Shown piece after piece: positions 40,532-48,738 of a stretch of DNA of 64,000 bases. The translations under genes were made by a program, and so were the position numbers. Source of the stretch: a virus (Duplodnaviria; Heunggongvirae; Uroviricota; Caudoviricetes). The first letter of the stretch is position 1. Each line of letters starts with the position of its first letter. The stretch is from the IMG/VR virus record IMGVR_UViG_649989924_000003, one strand, 5' to 3'. The notes below the pieces were generated by a model that was given only the letters and a program-made list of their open reading frames with translations, was not told the DNA's origin and did not search any database.

Positions 40532-40619
40532 TGGCGCTGACTATAGGACTCGAACCTATGCTAGATTTACATCTAGTACGGTTTAGCAAACCGCTGCTTT
40601 ACCACTCAGCCAAGTCAGC
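40532..40619 (-). tRNA. tRNA-Ser(GCT), class II
   Basis: Long variable arm; anticodon arm GCGGT-TTGCTAA-ACCGT. Confidence 0.6.
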
Positions 40620-40627
40620 AAAAATAT

Positions 40628-40714
40628 TGGTACTCCTAATGGGAATCGAACCCATACGAGCTTTTGCCCACAGAAGTTTAAGTTCTGTATGTCTACCGAT
40701 TTCATCATAGGAGT
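40628..40714 (-). tRNA. tRNA-Leu(TAA), class II
   Basis: Anticodon arm CAGAA-CTTAAAC-TTCTG, long variable arm. Confidence 0.6.
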
Positions 40715-40717
40715 ATT

Positions 40718-40802
40718 TGGTCTTCTCGAAGAGATTTGAACTCTTACGCTATAAAGCACTAGTTTCTAAAACTAGCATGTCTACCTATTCCATCACGAGA
40801 AG
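40718..40802 (-). tRNA. tRNA-Leu(TAG), class II
   Basis: Anticodon arm CTAGT-TTTAGAA-ACTAG. Confidence 0.6.
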
Positions 40803-40807
40803 ATGAT

Positions 40808-40884
40808 TGGTGGTTTCAGATGGACTTGAACCAACGCTACGAGAAGTTTCAGTTATCTGCTCTACCAGATTGAGCTATGAAACC
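40808..40884 (-). tRNA. tRNA-Phe(GAA)
   Basis: Anticodon loop CTGAAAC, D-arm GCTC/GAGC. Confidence 0.6.
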
Positions 40885-40898
40885 AGATGATAAAATAT

Positions 40899-40973
40899 TG
40901 GCACCTCTGTAAGGAGTCGAACCTTAAGTTTTGGTTTTGGAGACCAATGTGTTCCCTTTTACACTACAGAGAT
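40899..40973 (-). tRNA. tRNA-Trp(CCA)
   Basis: Anticodon arm TTGGT-CTCCAAA-ACCAA. Confidence 0.6.
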
Positions 40974-40975
40974 AT

Positions 40976-41052
40976 TGGCATCAGGGAGAGGGCTCGAACC
41001 TCTAAATGTGGGAGTCAAGGTCCCATGTGCTTACCAGTTTCACCACCCTGAT
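40976..41052 (-). tRNA. tRNA-Gln(TTG), C33 anticodon loop
   Basis: Anticodon arm TGGGA-CCTTGAC-TCCCA. Confidence 0.55.
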
Positions 41053-41068
41053 ATCTAAATAGATTTAG

Positions 41069-41141
41069 TATACTTAGAAGTGGTTGAACCCTCATACCCT
41101 CTATTAGAAGTCGAGTGCATTACCAACTTTGCTACAAGTAC
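41069..41141 (-). tRNA. Degenerate tRNA-like gene (anticodon TCT, Arg-like), no encoded CCA
   Basis: Acceptor pairs only with two G-U wobbles; mismatches in anticodon and T stems. Confidence 0.3.
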
Positions 41142-41166
41142 AATATGTAATTATGAAATTTTTTAA

Positions 41167-41253
41167 TGGTGGGCCCCCCTGGATTCGAACCAGCAGCGTT
41201 TCTAATGTCACAGATTTACAGTCTGCTTCCTTCACCAATTTGGATAGAGACCC
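41167..41253 (-). tRNA. tRNA-Tyr(GTA), class II
   Basis: Anticodon loop CTGTAAA, long variable arm. Confidence 0.6.
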
Positions 41254-41260
41254 ATATGTT

Positions 41261-41347
41261 TGGCGCTCAGTGAGGGACTCGAACCCCCAAGTCCTTTCAG
41301 ACCAACTGTTTTCAAGACAGCACGACTACCAATTATCACAACTGAGC
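41261..41347 (-). tRNA. tRNA-Ser(TGA), class II
   Basis: Anticodon arm GCTGT-CTTGAAA-ACAGT. Confidence 0.6.
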
Positions 41348-41530
41348 GTTTTTAAATTATAAATATTGATTGACCTCACAACACTCCTATGAAATCACCC
41401 AATGGTCTATTGACAAGAAAGATATCATCTCAGAGTTTTTAATTATCTACTGTAAACTTTTTTTTACAATAATAAATAATCACAAGCTATACTTTTATGG
41501 TAGATACTGGAGAAAGTAACTAATGATTAA

Positions 41531-41604
41531 TGGTATCCGAGGTGGGAGTCGAACCCACGATATCTGATAGAGCGCTAAAGCGTAAACTGCTTGCCAACTC
41601 GGAC
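41531..41604 (-). tRNA. tRNA-like gene with canonical acceptor and T-arm but no canonical D/anticodon arms (isotype undetermined)
   Basis: T-arm GTGGG-TTCGACT-CCCAC and acceptor GTCCGAG/CTCGGAT+A+CCA are clear. The body contains an AAGC-AGTTTAC-GCTT hairpin that does not fit cloverleaf positions. Confidence 0.3.
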
Positions 41605-41609
41605 ATATT

Positions 41610-41686
41610 TGGCGGACCCTACAGGACTTGAACCTGTGACCCTTACGTTAACAGCGCATCGCTCTAACCAACTGAGCTAAAGGTCC
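41610..41686 (-). tRNA. tRNA-Asn(GTT)
   Basis: Anticodon loop CTGTTAA, D-arm GCTC/GAGC. Confidence 0.6.
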
Positions 41687-41707
41687 ATAAAATAATAAAA
41701 TGATACT

Positions 41708-41782
41708 TGGAGTGGGTAAAGGGAATCGAACCCTCATCCTCTGCTTGGAAGGCAGATATACGAACCATTATACTATACCCAC
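41708..41782 (-). tRNA. tRNA-Gly(TCC)
   Basis: Anticodon arm TCTGC-CTTCCAA-GCAGA. Confidence 0.6.
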
Positions 41783-41786
41783 AATA

Positions 41787-41862
41787 TGGTGCCATCTGAG
41801 AGATTCGAACTCCCAACCAACTGATTACAGGTCAGCTGCACTTCCAGTTGTGCTAAGGTGGC
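41787..41862 (-). tRNA. tRNA-Thr(TGT), C33 anticodon loop
   Basis: Anticodon arm GCTGA-CCTGTAA-TCAGT. Confidence 0.55.
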
Positions 41863-41866
41863 AAAT

Positions 41867-41941
41867 TGGCGGAACATAGGAGAATTGAACTCCTATCTCT
41901 TGATAGACAGTCAAGTATATTTTCCATTATACGAATGCTCC
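41867..41941 (-). tRNA. tRNA-Asp(GTC)
   Basis: Anticodon arm CTTGA-CTGTCTA-TCAAG. Confidence 0.6.
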
Positions 41942-41942
41942 A

Positions 41943-42019
41943 TGGTTGCAGAGGCAGGATTTGAACCTGCGACCTCAGGATAATGAGTCCTGCGAGCTAC
42001 CAAACTGCTCTACTCTACG
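41943..42019 (-). tRNA. Initiator tRNA-fMet(CAT)
   Basis: C1-A72 mismatch, D-arm GAGC/GCTC, anticodon arm CAGGA-CTCATTA-TCCTG, 3' end GCAACCA. Confidence 0.6.
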
Positions 42020-42125
42020 ATATTTCACAAAAGAAAAAGTTCCTCATACGAGAAACAATAAAAAAGAAAATTTAAAATATCTCGTTTATTGTTTGTTTTT
42101 CACTTCCTTTCGTGATTTCATAGTT

Positions 42126-42154
42126 ATTATAACATATAATATAAAATTAGTCAA
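42126..42154 (-). promoter_or_regulatory. Consensus SigA-type promoter, copy 5 (minus strand), about 100 nt upstream of the tRNA array
   Basis: Reverse complement TTGACTAATTTTATATTATATGTTATAAT. Confidence 0.6.
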
Positions 42155-42159
42155 TATAT

Positions 42160-42186
42160 AAATAAAAAGTGCATATAAATGCACTC
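42160..42186 (-). terminator. Intrinsic terminator downstream of 42217..42471
   Basis: Minus strand AGTGCAT-TTATA-TGCACT then TTTTTATT. Confidence 0.45.
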
Positions 42187-42216
42187 TTCATTTCTATAAA
42201 CAACATTTAATACAAA

Positions 42217-42471
42217 TTAATACTCATAATCAATTAAAAAATCCTTGACTGTGTATTCATTTGATTTTAATCTTTCATCTTCAGCTTTTTCCATTGCTTT
42301 TTGAATTGCTTCCTCAAATGGAATTTCATCATCTGCAATTGCTAGCAGGATTTGGTTGATTTTATTATTGTCCTCTAAAATATGTTCAGCACATGATTGT
42401 AATATATAATCATCACTATATCCAAAACTTTCTAATCTTTCTTTGACTTTATTTCTCATACTTACTTTCAT
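42217..42471 (-). CDS. hypothetical acidic protein
   Basis: 84-aa ORF. Confidence 0.45.
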   Translation of the reverse strand: MKVSMRNKVKERLESFGYSDDYILQSCAEHILEDNNKINQILLAIADDEIPFEEAIQKAMEKAEDERLKSNEYTVKDFLIDYEY

Positions 42472-42525
42472 TTCTTTTTCCTTCTTTCTTTTTAAATATT
42501 TTCTGCATAAGTTTTATATAATTTT

Positions 42526-42876
42526 TTAAATATAATTCCATCCATGAACTTCATTGTTCATAGCATAAACAAGCAACTCAAAAGGAGGAAGCTGTTCTAT
42601 AGCTTCATAATAACGAGAAATTTGTTTTGCCCTTGCTAATAGGACAGTACAAACTTTTGAGCTTCTCGCATTTAAAATTAAAATAATTGCTTTTGATAAT
42701 AAAACATGAATCTCGGGACCATTGGGATGCCCTTTATCAACCCAAAAAATATCCACAATATTCTGTTTGTGAATGTTCTCTATTAACATTCTGTTTTGTC
42801 TTTGTTTCATATGCTTAGATTCTATAAGATTATCTAAGGATATATGAAAGTTTTGATTTTCCTTTATAATCATCAT
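42526..42876 (-). CDS. hypothetical protein
   Basis: 116-aa ORF. Confidence 0.45.
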   Translation of the reverse strand: MMIIKENQNFHISLDNLIESKHMKQRQNRMLIENIHKQNIVDIFWVDKGHPNGPEIHVLLSKAIILILNARSSKVCTVLLARAKQISRYYEAIEQLPPFELLVYAMNNEVHGWNYI

Positions 42877-42934
42877 AATTCTGTCCCTCCTTTTTGAATT
42901 GATGAAAATAACTGCAATCTTTCTTGCTAAAAAA

Positions 42935-43138
42935 TCAATTGTATTTTAGATGTAGATACATCAGAGCAAATACTAGCTCTGCAACTAAAAAAAGACATCC
43001 ATCTAATGCTGTCTTATCAACTACTCCTAAAAATACTAAAATCATAATTTTTAAATAATTTAAATTTAATAGTGCGAGAACTGGGATAATCATGGTTAAT
43101 ATGACATGATTCCACTTAACTCTTTGTAGAAGCTTCAT
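42935..43138 (-). CDS. small 2-TM membrane protein
   Basis: 67 aa, two hydrophobic helices. Confidence 0.4.
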   Translation of the reverse strand: MKLLQRVKWNHVILTMIIPVLALLNLNYLKIMILVFLGVVDKTALDGCLFLVAELVFALMYLHLKYN

Positions 43139-43346
43139 AATTTCTCCTTTCCAACTTCTAATAATTTACGAATTTTCCCTCCAAAACTCATATCAGAATA
43201 AATTTATGGAACTCGTATAGATTACACTTATATTATAGCATAATCCTAAATATTATTAATTTTATATATGATAAGTCTAAATTTTATTAAATAAAAAAAC
43301 TATGACCTATGAAAATATTTCTAAGGTTATAGTTCGTTTAGTTCCT

Positions 43347-45059
43347 TTATTCATCCCACCAGTTATAATTTTTAATGTCATCTTCAATCTGATGAGAGCT
43401 TGAGGATGATTGTTTTTTTATTTGCCTGATTGCTTCACTTTCTTGAATTCCCGGAGAAAACCATGCTGGTTTATCTGAGTTGTTCTTCAAATCATTAAAC
43501 AAAAATGTTAGAAAGCAGTTTATTTGATTATCTGGAGTCTTGAAAGAATATCCAGAGGTTTTTATTCTATCAAGAATATTAAGCATAATTGAATCAAAGG
43601 ATGCCTGATGAATAATAAGTTTTTCAAGATTCATTATTAACAAATCCCCTTCTATCATTTTCGCTTCTTTACTCATATAGAATTTCTTAAAGAGCTTCAG
43701 TTTATTGAAGCAGGCATTGAGAAAGTCTTTATCAGTGTTTTCTATAAAGATTGAATTATAAATAGAAGAATTGATTTCATTAATTAAATTAATTAATAAA
43801 GAATCGTTTTTATTATTTTCAGTATAAGTATTTAAAGTTTTATTAATGTTGATATCTTTTTCGCTATTTTGTTTCTTTCTTTTTGAAGAAATTGTTTCTT
43901 TCATATCTGATGAAATGATGGCTCTTGATGGAGTCTTGATATCTGTCAAATTCTCTGAATTATGGCTCTTTTCAATTTTTTCTTCATCATCACAAGTCAA
44001 ATTCACGAAATTGTGGCTCTCATCTAATATGTCATAATCATCAAATTGTGGCTCACTGGATTCTTTCATGTCTATATCTTCAAGGTATTGCTTTACAAAT
44101 TGATATATTTTATCTGGGAAGTTTCTTGTTCCATTTTCCCATTTGGAATATGTCTGTTTATAAAGGCTTAATGAATATTTTTTATTTATAGCCTCTACTA
44201 TCTGTTTTTGGGTTAAGTTATGCTTTAAGCGAAGCTGTTTAACATATGTATAATTTCTTTTATTTTTATTGATAATTAAATCTTCTTTGAGTTGGTCCAT
44301 GCGACTCTTTAGATATAGTTTTTTGTTTTTGCTGTCTAAGCTTTCAAATTCTTCAACATTATCTTCAAAGTTGAAAAGTTTTAATAGATAGAAACGGGTA
44401 TCCTGTGAAAATGCTCTATATTCAAATAATAAACCACAGGCTTTTAAAAGATATCTTCCTCTTTTTAATGCTGACTGTCCAAGCCCTAATTTCTTTTCCT
44501 GAGTTTCAAGAGATTCTTGGAAGTATATTCTTTCTTTGTCATCCACAAAATAATTCATTTGAGATAAACACATTGTATCAAAGTATATAGAATATTGAAG
44601 TTTTGTAGCTAGAGGTAGATTGTTATAGATATCATCAAATAATTCATTTGGAAACCTAAAGAAATTGTAACTATCTAAATCTGTTTCATAATAAAACTCA
44701 TCTGTTTCATCTTTTTTATTATAGTTATATAGATATATCTTATTATTTCCAACGCTTCGCTTATAGTTGATGAGTCCAACCCTCTTTAAATCTGCTCTTG
44801 CTCGGCAACATGTTGATTCACTAATTTTTAATTTATTCATTATATCAGAATCTGAGTAGATAATATAAGGACCACTGTTATCTTTATAAGTGGTAATGAT
44901 ATATCTGTTTAAATAGAGAGAATACATAAACTTTGCTGGAACAGAAAGTTTTTTGAATCTATTATCTGAAAATAAGACTTTTGGTATAGATAAGAAAGCA
45001 TCTATTTTTGTTGTATCATTAATATTATAGTATTTAGATTCTTTATCCATAGAAAACAC
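43347..45059 (-). CDS. RepA_N-type replication initiator with internal HTH
   Basis: N-terminal region (LSIPKVLFSD..LSVPAKFMYSLYLNRY...RVGLINYKR) resembles Firmicute RepA_N proteins. Central HTH LTQKQIVEAINKKYSLS. Confidence 0.55.
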   Translation of the reverse strand: MFSMDKESKYYNINDTTKIDAFLSIPKVLFSDNRFKKLSVPAKFMYSLYLNRYIITTYKDNSGPYIIYSDSDIMNKLKISESTCCRARADLKRVGLINYKRSVGNNKIYLYNYNKKDETDEFYYETDLDSYNFFRFPNELFDDIYNNLPLATKLQYSIYFDTMCLSQMNYFVDDKERIYFQESLETQEKKLGLGQSALKRGRYLLKACGLLFEYRAFSQDTRFYLLKLFNFEDNVEEFESLDSKNKKLYLKSRMDQLKEDLIINKNKRNYTYVKQLRLKHNLTQKQIVEAINKKYSLSLYKQTYSKWENGTRNFPDKIYQFVKQYLEDIDMKESSEPQFDDYDILDESHNFVNLTCDDEEKIEKSHNSENLTDIKTPSRAIISSDMKETISSKRKKQNSEKDININKTLNTYTENNKNDSLLINLINEINSSIYNSIFIENTDKDFLNACFNKLKLFKKFYMSKEAKMIEGDLLIMNLEKLIIHQASFDSIMLNILDRIKTSGYSFKTPDNQINCFLTFLFNDLKNNSDKPAWFSPGIQESEAIRQIKKQSSSSSHQIEDDIKNYNWWDE

Positions 45060-45262
45060 CTCCTCCCTTTTTTATTATATCTTAATATATGAATATAAGA
45101 TTTGTATAATCTTATTTTAAAACCTATTTATTGGAGTTGTTTTACTTAATTTTCTTGACTTTTCTTATAAAAATGTTAAGATAAAAGTGCAAAAAATCTC
45201 TTATGCCAAAAAGAGTATTATAAAAACAACTGTCCGCAATGCCAATTTGGACTAAACTGATG

Positions 45263-45288
45263 ACCGTCTGCCAGGACGGTTTTTCTTT
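45263..45288 (+). terminator. Plus-strand terminator upstream of and antisense to the rep leader (candidate countertranscript end)
   Basis: ACCGTC-TGCCAG-GACGGT then TTTTTCTTTT. Confidence 0.4.
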
Positions 45289-45512
45289 TATAGAAGTGCC
45301 ACCTTCTAAAGAAAAAACAGCTTACTTGAACACACAACCTATGTCGTCGAAAATAATACTGAAATAGGTGATACACATCACCAAAAAGTGGTTATGTGCT
45401 CAAATAAACTGTTTTATAAAAAAATATATTCAAATGTTAAAAAACTCAAGATAAAAAATGTTATTATTTTCGACACTAAGATTATAACAAAAATGGGAAA
45501 ATAAAGCAAATG

Positions 45513-45564
45513 AAAAAAAGACATACATGAAAAGATGAAAATCTTTATGATGTATGTCTTTTTG
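45513..45564. terminator. Bidirectional terminator
   Basis: 10-bp stem AGACATACAT/ATGTATGTCT flanked by A-run and T-run. Confidence 0.45.
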
Positions 45565-45565
45565 C

Positions 45566-45967
45566 TTAAATGTGTGTGAGCTTAAAGCGCGGATGAGTTG
45601 TTAAGTTTGCAGCTTCAATAATAATAATCTCTTTTTTTGAATATTCTGTTTCATGGGTTATTGTCTTGATATATTTTAATCTAATTCGTTCTCCCTTTCT
45701 TGTAATGTAGTGCGAGAATCCATCAAATTGATTATGAGTTTTGTAGTATTTCTTTAAAAGTTCAAAAAGCTTTATTTTAACGTCATAGTCAAAAGAATTC
45801 TGACAATCTGCACATACAAAATTAATCTGTCGAGGCTTGCTCTCATCCATTTTAAATCCTTTGCCATTCAAATCCTTAATATTGGAGATATTCTGTCCAA
45901 CATGACATGCACATATCAATGCAATTGAGCCCCAATCATTTAAGGGGAAGCTATCTAACTGAGACAT
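45566..45967 (-). CDS. hypothetical Cys-containing protein
   Basis: 133-aa ORF. Confidence 0.45.
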   Translation of the reverse strand: MSQLDSFPLNDWGSIALICACHVGQNISNIKDLNGKGFKMDESKPRQINFVCADCQNSFDYDVKIKLFELLKKYYKTHNQFDGFSHYITRKGERIRLKYIKTITHETEYSKKEIIIIEAANLTTHPRFKLTHI

Positions 45968-46268
45968 TGATATTAAAAACAGCTAATTCAGAGTCTGTAT
46001 CTGCTATTTTTTCTAAAATAAACACAGGTGTAGAAATTTCTAGAATTTTGTTTTCAGTTTCTAAAAGCTTCCCTGCTCTGGCAATTGTTTTCATTGTGTT
46101 GGCAATGGCTCTGTTACCCATAGCCTTAATAGTTACTGTACTTCCTTCTTCAAGGAAATGCATTAAAGAACTTGAACATTTTGTAACATATGCAGGGATA
46201 TCTTGAATCCCTTCTTCAGTTCTGATAACTCCTTTCGTGATTTTCATAACCTTATTTCCGTTTTTCAT
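45951..46268 (-). CDS. SpoVS-like (Alba-related) protein
   Basis: TIKAMGNRAIANTMKTIARAGKLL resembles SpoVS IQAIGAGALNQAVKAVAIARG. Confidence 0.5.
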   Translation of the reverse strand: MKNGNKVMKITKGVIRTEEGIQDIPAYVTKCSSSLMHFLEEGSTVTIKAMGNRAIANTMKTIARAGKLLETENKILEISTPVFILEKIADTDSELAVFNINVSVR

Positions 46269-46364
46269 TTTCTACCTCCGTAGCTTTGCTACAGGAAATA
46301 TTATATCATGTATTTATGAAATCAGTAAATTCGTTTGTGAATATAACAAATATACATATTTATC

Positions 46365-47117
46365 TTAAATATTAAATAAATGCCCAACTATGAGAGTTGC
46401 ATTATCTTCTCCGCCTGCCTCATTAACTTTCTTTAAAACCATATCGACTCCTTCATTTATTGTTTGAGCTGTTGCTAGGATTGATATGACTTCATCAGGT
46501 GTTATATATCTATAGATACCATCACTTGTCATTAATACAACATCATCCTCTTTTAGATTTCCTGTTAAAAGGATATCTGCAGAAACTTCTGGAAATACTC
46601 CCAATGCAGATGTTAGACGACATCTTCCAGGATGTATATAGAAATCTTTTTCTTCAATTTTACCTGCCATCAACTCTTCATATGTTTCAGAATAGACTCT
46701 ATTCACTCTTTTAAACTGTCCATTTCGAATAAGCTGTATTTCCGTATTTCCAGTTGACGCTGTTAAGAAGTTAAATGATGTTTTACTGATTACTGATATT
46801 GATAGTGAAGAATAAATATTTCTGTATTTTTCACTCATTGCGTTGATTGATAGGAATGCCTGTGAGACTACATAAAAACCGAAATCTAGAGAGTCTCTAA
46901 TATCTATAATGGTTGTTTTATCATTAATGATTTTATGTAGATACTGGCTCATAATATGAATAGCGAGCTGACCTATATTAATATCTCCAGCCTGCCCACC
47001 ATTACCATCAGCTACCATAAGTATATAATAATCCCCTATTTCCTCCATTAAAATTCCATCTTCCAGCTTATCAAGCTGACATTTTGCTGTATTCCCATAA
47101 AAATAAAGCTGCTTCAA
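46365..47117 (-). CDS. PP2C-family Ser/Thr phosphatase
   Basis: LMVADGNGGQAGD and C-terminal GGEDNATLIVG motifs. Confidence 0.7.
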   Translation of the reverse strand: MKQLYFYGNTAKCQLDKLEDGILMEEIGDYYILMVADGNGGQAGDINIGQLAIHIMSQYLHKIINDKTTIIDIRDSLDFGFYVVSQAFLSINAMSEKYRNIYSSLSISVISKTSFNFLTASTGNTEIQLIRNGQFKRVNRVYSETYEELMAGKIEEKDFYIHPGRCRLTSALGVFPEVSADILLTGNLKEDDVVLMTSDGIYRYITPDEVISILATAQTINEGVDMVLKKVNEAGGEDNATLIVGHLFNI

Positions 47118-47247
47118 TTTTAATCACCTCTTTTTTCATCGTACTCTCCTATTATATATCAATATTTGTTAAAAGAACAAATATAAATGCATAGAGTTAT
47201 GAATAAAACAAACCATGTTATAATAATGAGGTAATGGAGGTGATTAC

Positions 47248-48237
47248 ATGAAGTTTAAAAAGATTGTTATGAGTATCATGGGTATTGGACTCTCATTAAA
47301 TCTTGTAGGAGTCTCGCCTGCATATGCAACAGATAATCCTTTGAAAGATTCCCAAGAGAAGGAGCAGGAAAATTTGAAGAAAAAAGCTCAAAAAGAAGAT
47401 ATTTCTAATAAGGCTGACGAAAATCAACCCTTTAGCATAAAGGATGAGGCTTATTCAATCTATGCATCATCTAAAGAGTCTTTTAATAATTTACAGATGC
47501 AATATGGCCATTTAGATGGAGACTCTCAAGCTGGTCAAGGATTTAAATCATATCTTAAGATAATAAGTGAGGATAAGGAAAATCAGCAGTTACAAGCAAG
47601 ATTAAATCAAATGGCACAAGGAGATTATAGTGTGAACGTTTCTGCTGATAAATATGATTCATTGAAGGACGCTGTTGAAGGAGTGACTGATGAACAAAAG
47701 GAATCTAATATGAATACTCAGGAGAATGAGGAGTCTAAAAGTAAGGATTCCCAGATTATAAATTCAGATGATTACAATAGTGATATAGCTTTTGGTTCGG
47801 GTTATCAGTCATATGTTCAGCAATATACCAATAAATATGAACAGAATAAAAAAGATACTCAAGATAGCTCAGAGGAGGTAACTTCGCAACAAACCAAGGA
47901 ATTTGGCAAAAGCAAGGAGAATAGTCAAAGTCAAAGTGAGAAAGATAAACAGGAAGTTGCTCAAAAAGAAAAAGAGAATAGGGAGGCTATTCAAAGAAAT
48001 TACAATAAGCAATTTGATTCTCAAAAGAATGAGAATAGCCAAAGTCTTTCCAAAAACGAAAAGGCTAATGAGAAGTTTTTAGAGTCTGGAAAGAATAAAA
48101 GTATTCTTAAAAGCTATAATCAATTGAAAAATGCGATTGTTGCTTCTCAAAAGGCTGTTTCTAATGCTGGAAAATCAGCAAGTGCATCAAAGAGTTATGA
48201 AAATAAAGTAAAAAACATAATTGCAAAATCTAATTAG
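47248..48237 (+). CDS. secreted low-complexity (Q/E/K/S/N-rich) protein
   Basis: Signal peptide then a compositionally biased sequence. Confidence 0.5.
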   Translation: MKFKKIVMSIMGIGLSLNLVGVSPAYATDNPLKDSQEKEQENLKKKAQKEDISNKADENQPFSIKDEAYSIYASSKESFNNLQMQYGHLDGDSQAGQGFKSYLKIISEDKENQQLQARLNQMAQGDYSVNVSADKYDSLKDAVEGVTDEQKESNMNTQENEESKSKDSQIINSDDYNSDIAFGSGYQSYVQQYTNKYEQNKKDTQDSSEEVTSQQTKEFGKSKENSQSQSEKDKQEVAQKEKENREAIQRNYNKQFDSQKNENSQSLSKNEKANEKFLESGKNKSILKSYNQLKNAIVASQKAVSNAGKSASASKSYENKVKNIIAKSN

Positions 48238-48712
48238 GAGGAGAAAAATGAGAAAATTAATAAGAATCATATTGGTTTTCTCTTTCTTTTTGAATATTTA
48301 TGGTTGTCAGAATGTTGACAGGAAAGAAATGTTAGATTACAAAGAGATAGAGATTGCCAATCGTCATAATGATGAGGATTTAATTGATAAAGCAAAAGAT
48401 ATTTATACTTCGAATCTATCCAAGGCACAGGAAGATGAGGAAAGGCAAGTCGCTACAGTCAAATATTTGGATGATATTTATCAGATAGCTTCTACACGAG
48501 TAAATCTGGATTTAGATATACTAAATGTTTTTTCTGAAGATTATGAAACATATATTGCTACAATGCAGGCATATTCGGAAGTATATCTTAAGGAACGTGG
48601 AGAATTAGTTAAAAATCAGTCTTTATCAAAAAAAGAAAATATTGATAAAACAAGTACAGGAAAAATGCTAAAACTTTTATATCAGGCAATTGATGAGCAA
48701 GAGACCCAGTAG
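48221..48712 (+). CDS. lipoprotein
   Basis: Lipobox NIYGCQN after hydrophobic leader. Confidence 0.5.
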   Translation: MQNLIRRRKMRKLIRIILVFSFFLNIYGCQNVDRKEMLDYKEIEIANRHNDEDLIDKAKDIYTSNLSKAQEDEERQVATVKYLDDIYQIASTRVNLDLDILNVFSEDYETYIATMQAYSEVYLKERGELVKNQSLSKKENIDKTSTGKMLKLLYQAIDEQETQ

Positions 48713-48738
48713 GGTCTCTTTCGTTTATATAATAGCAT

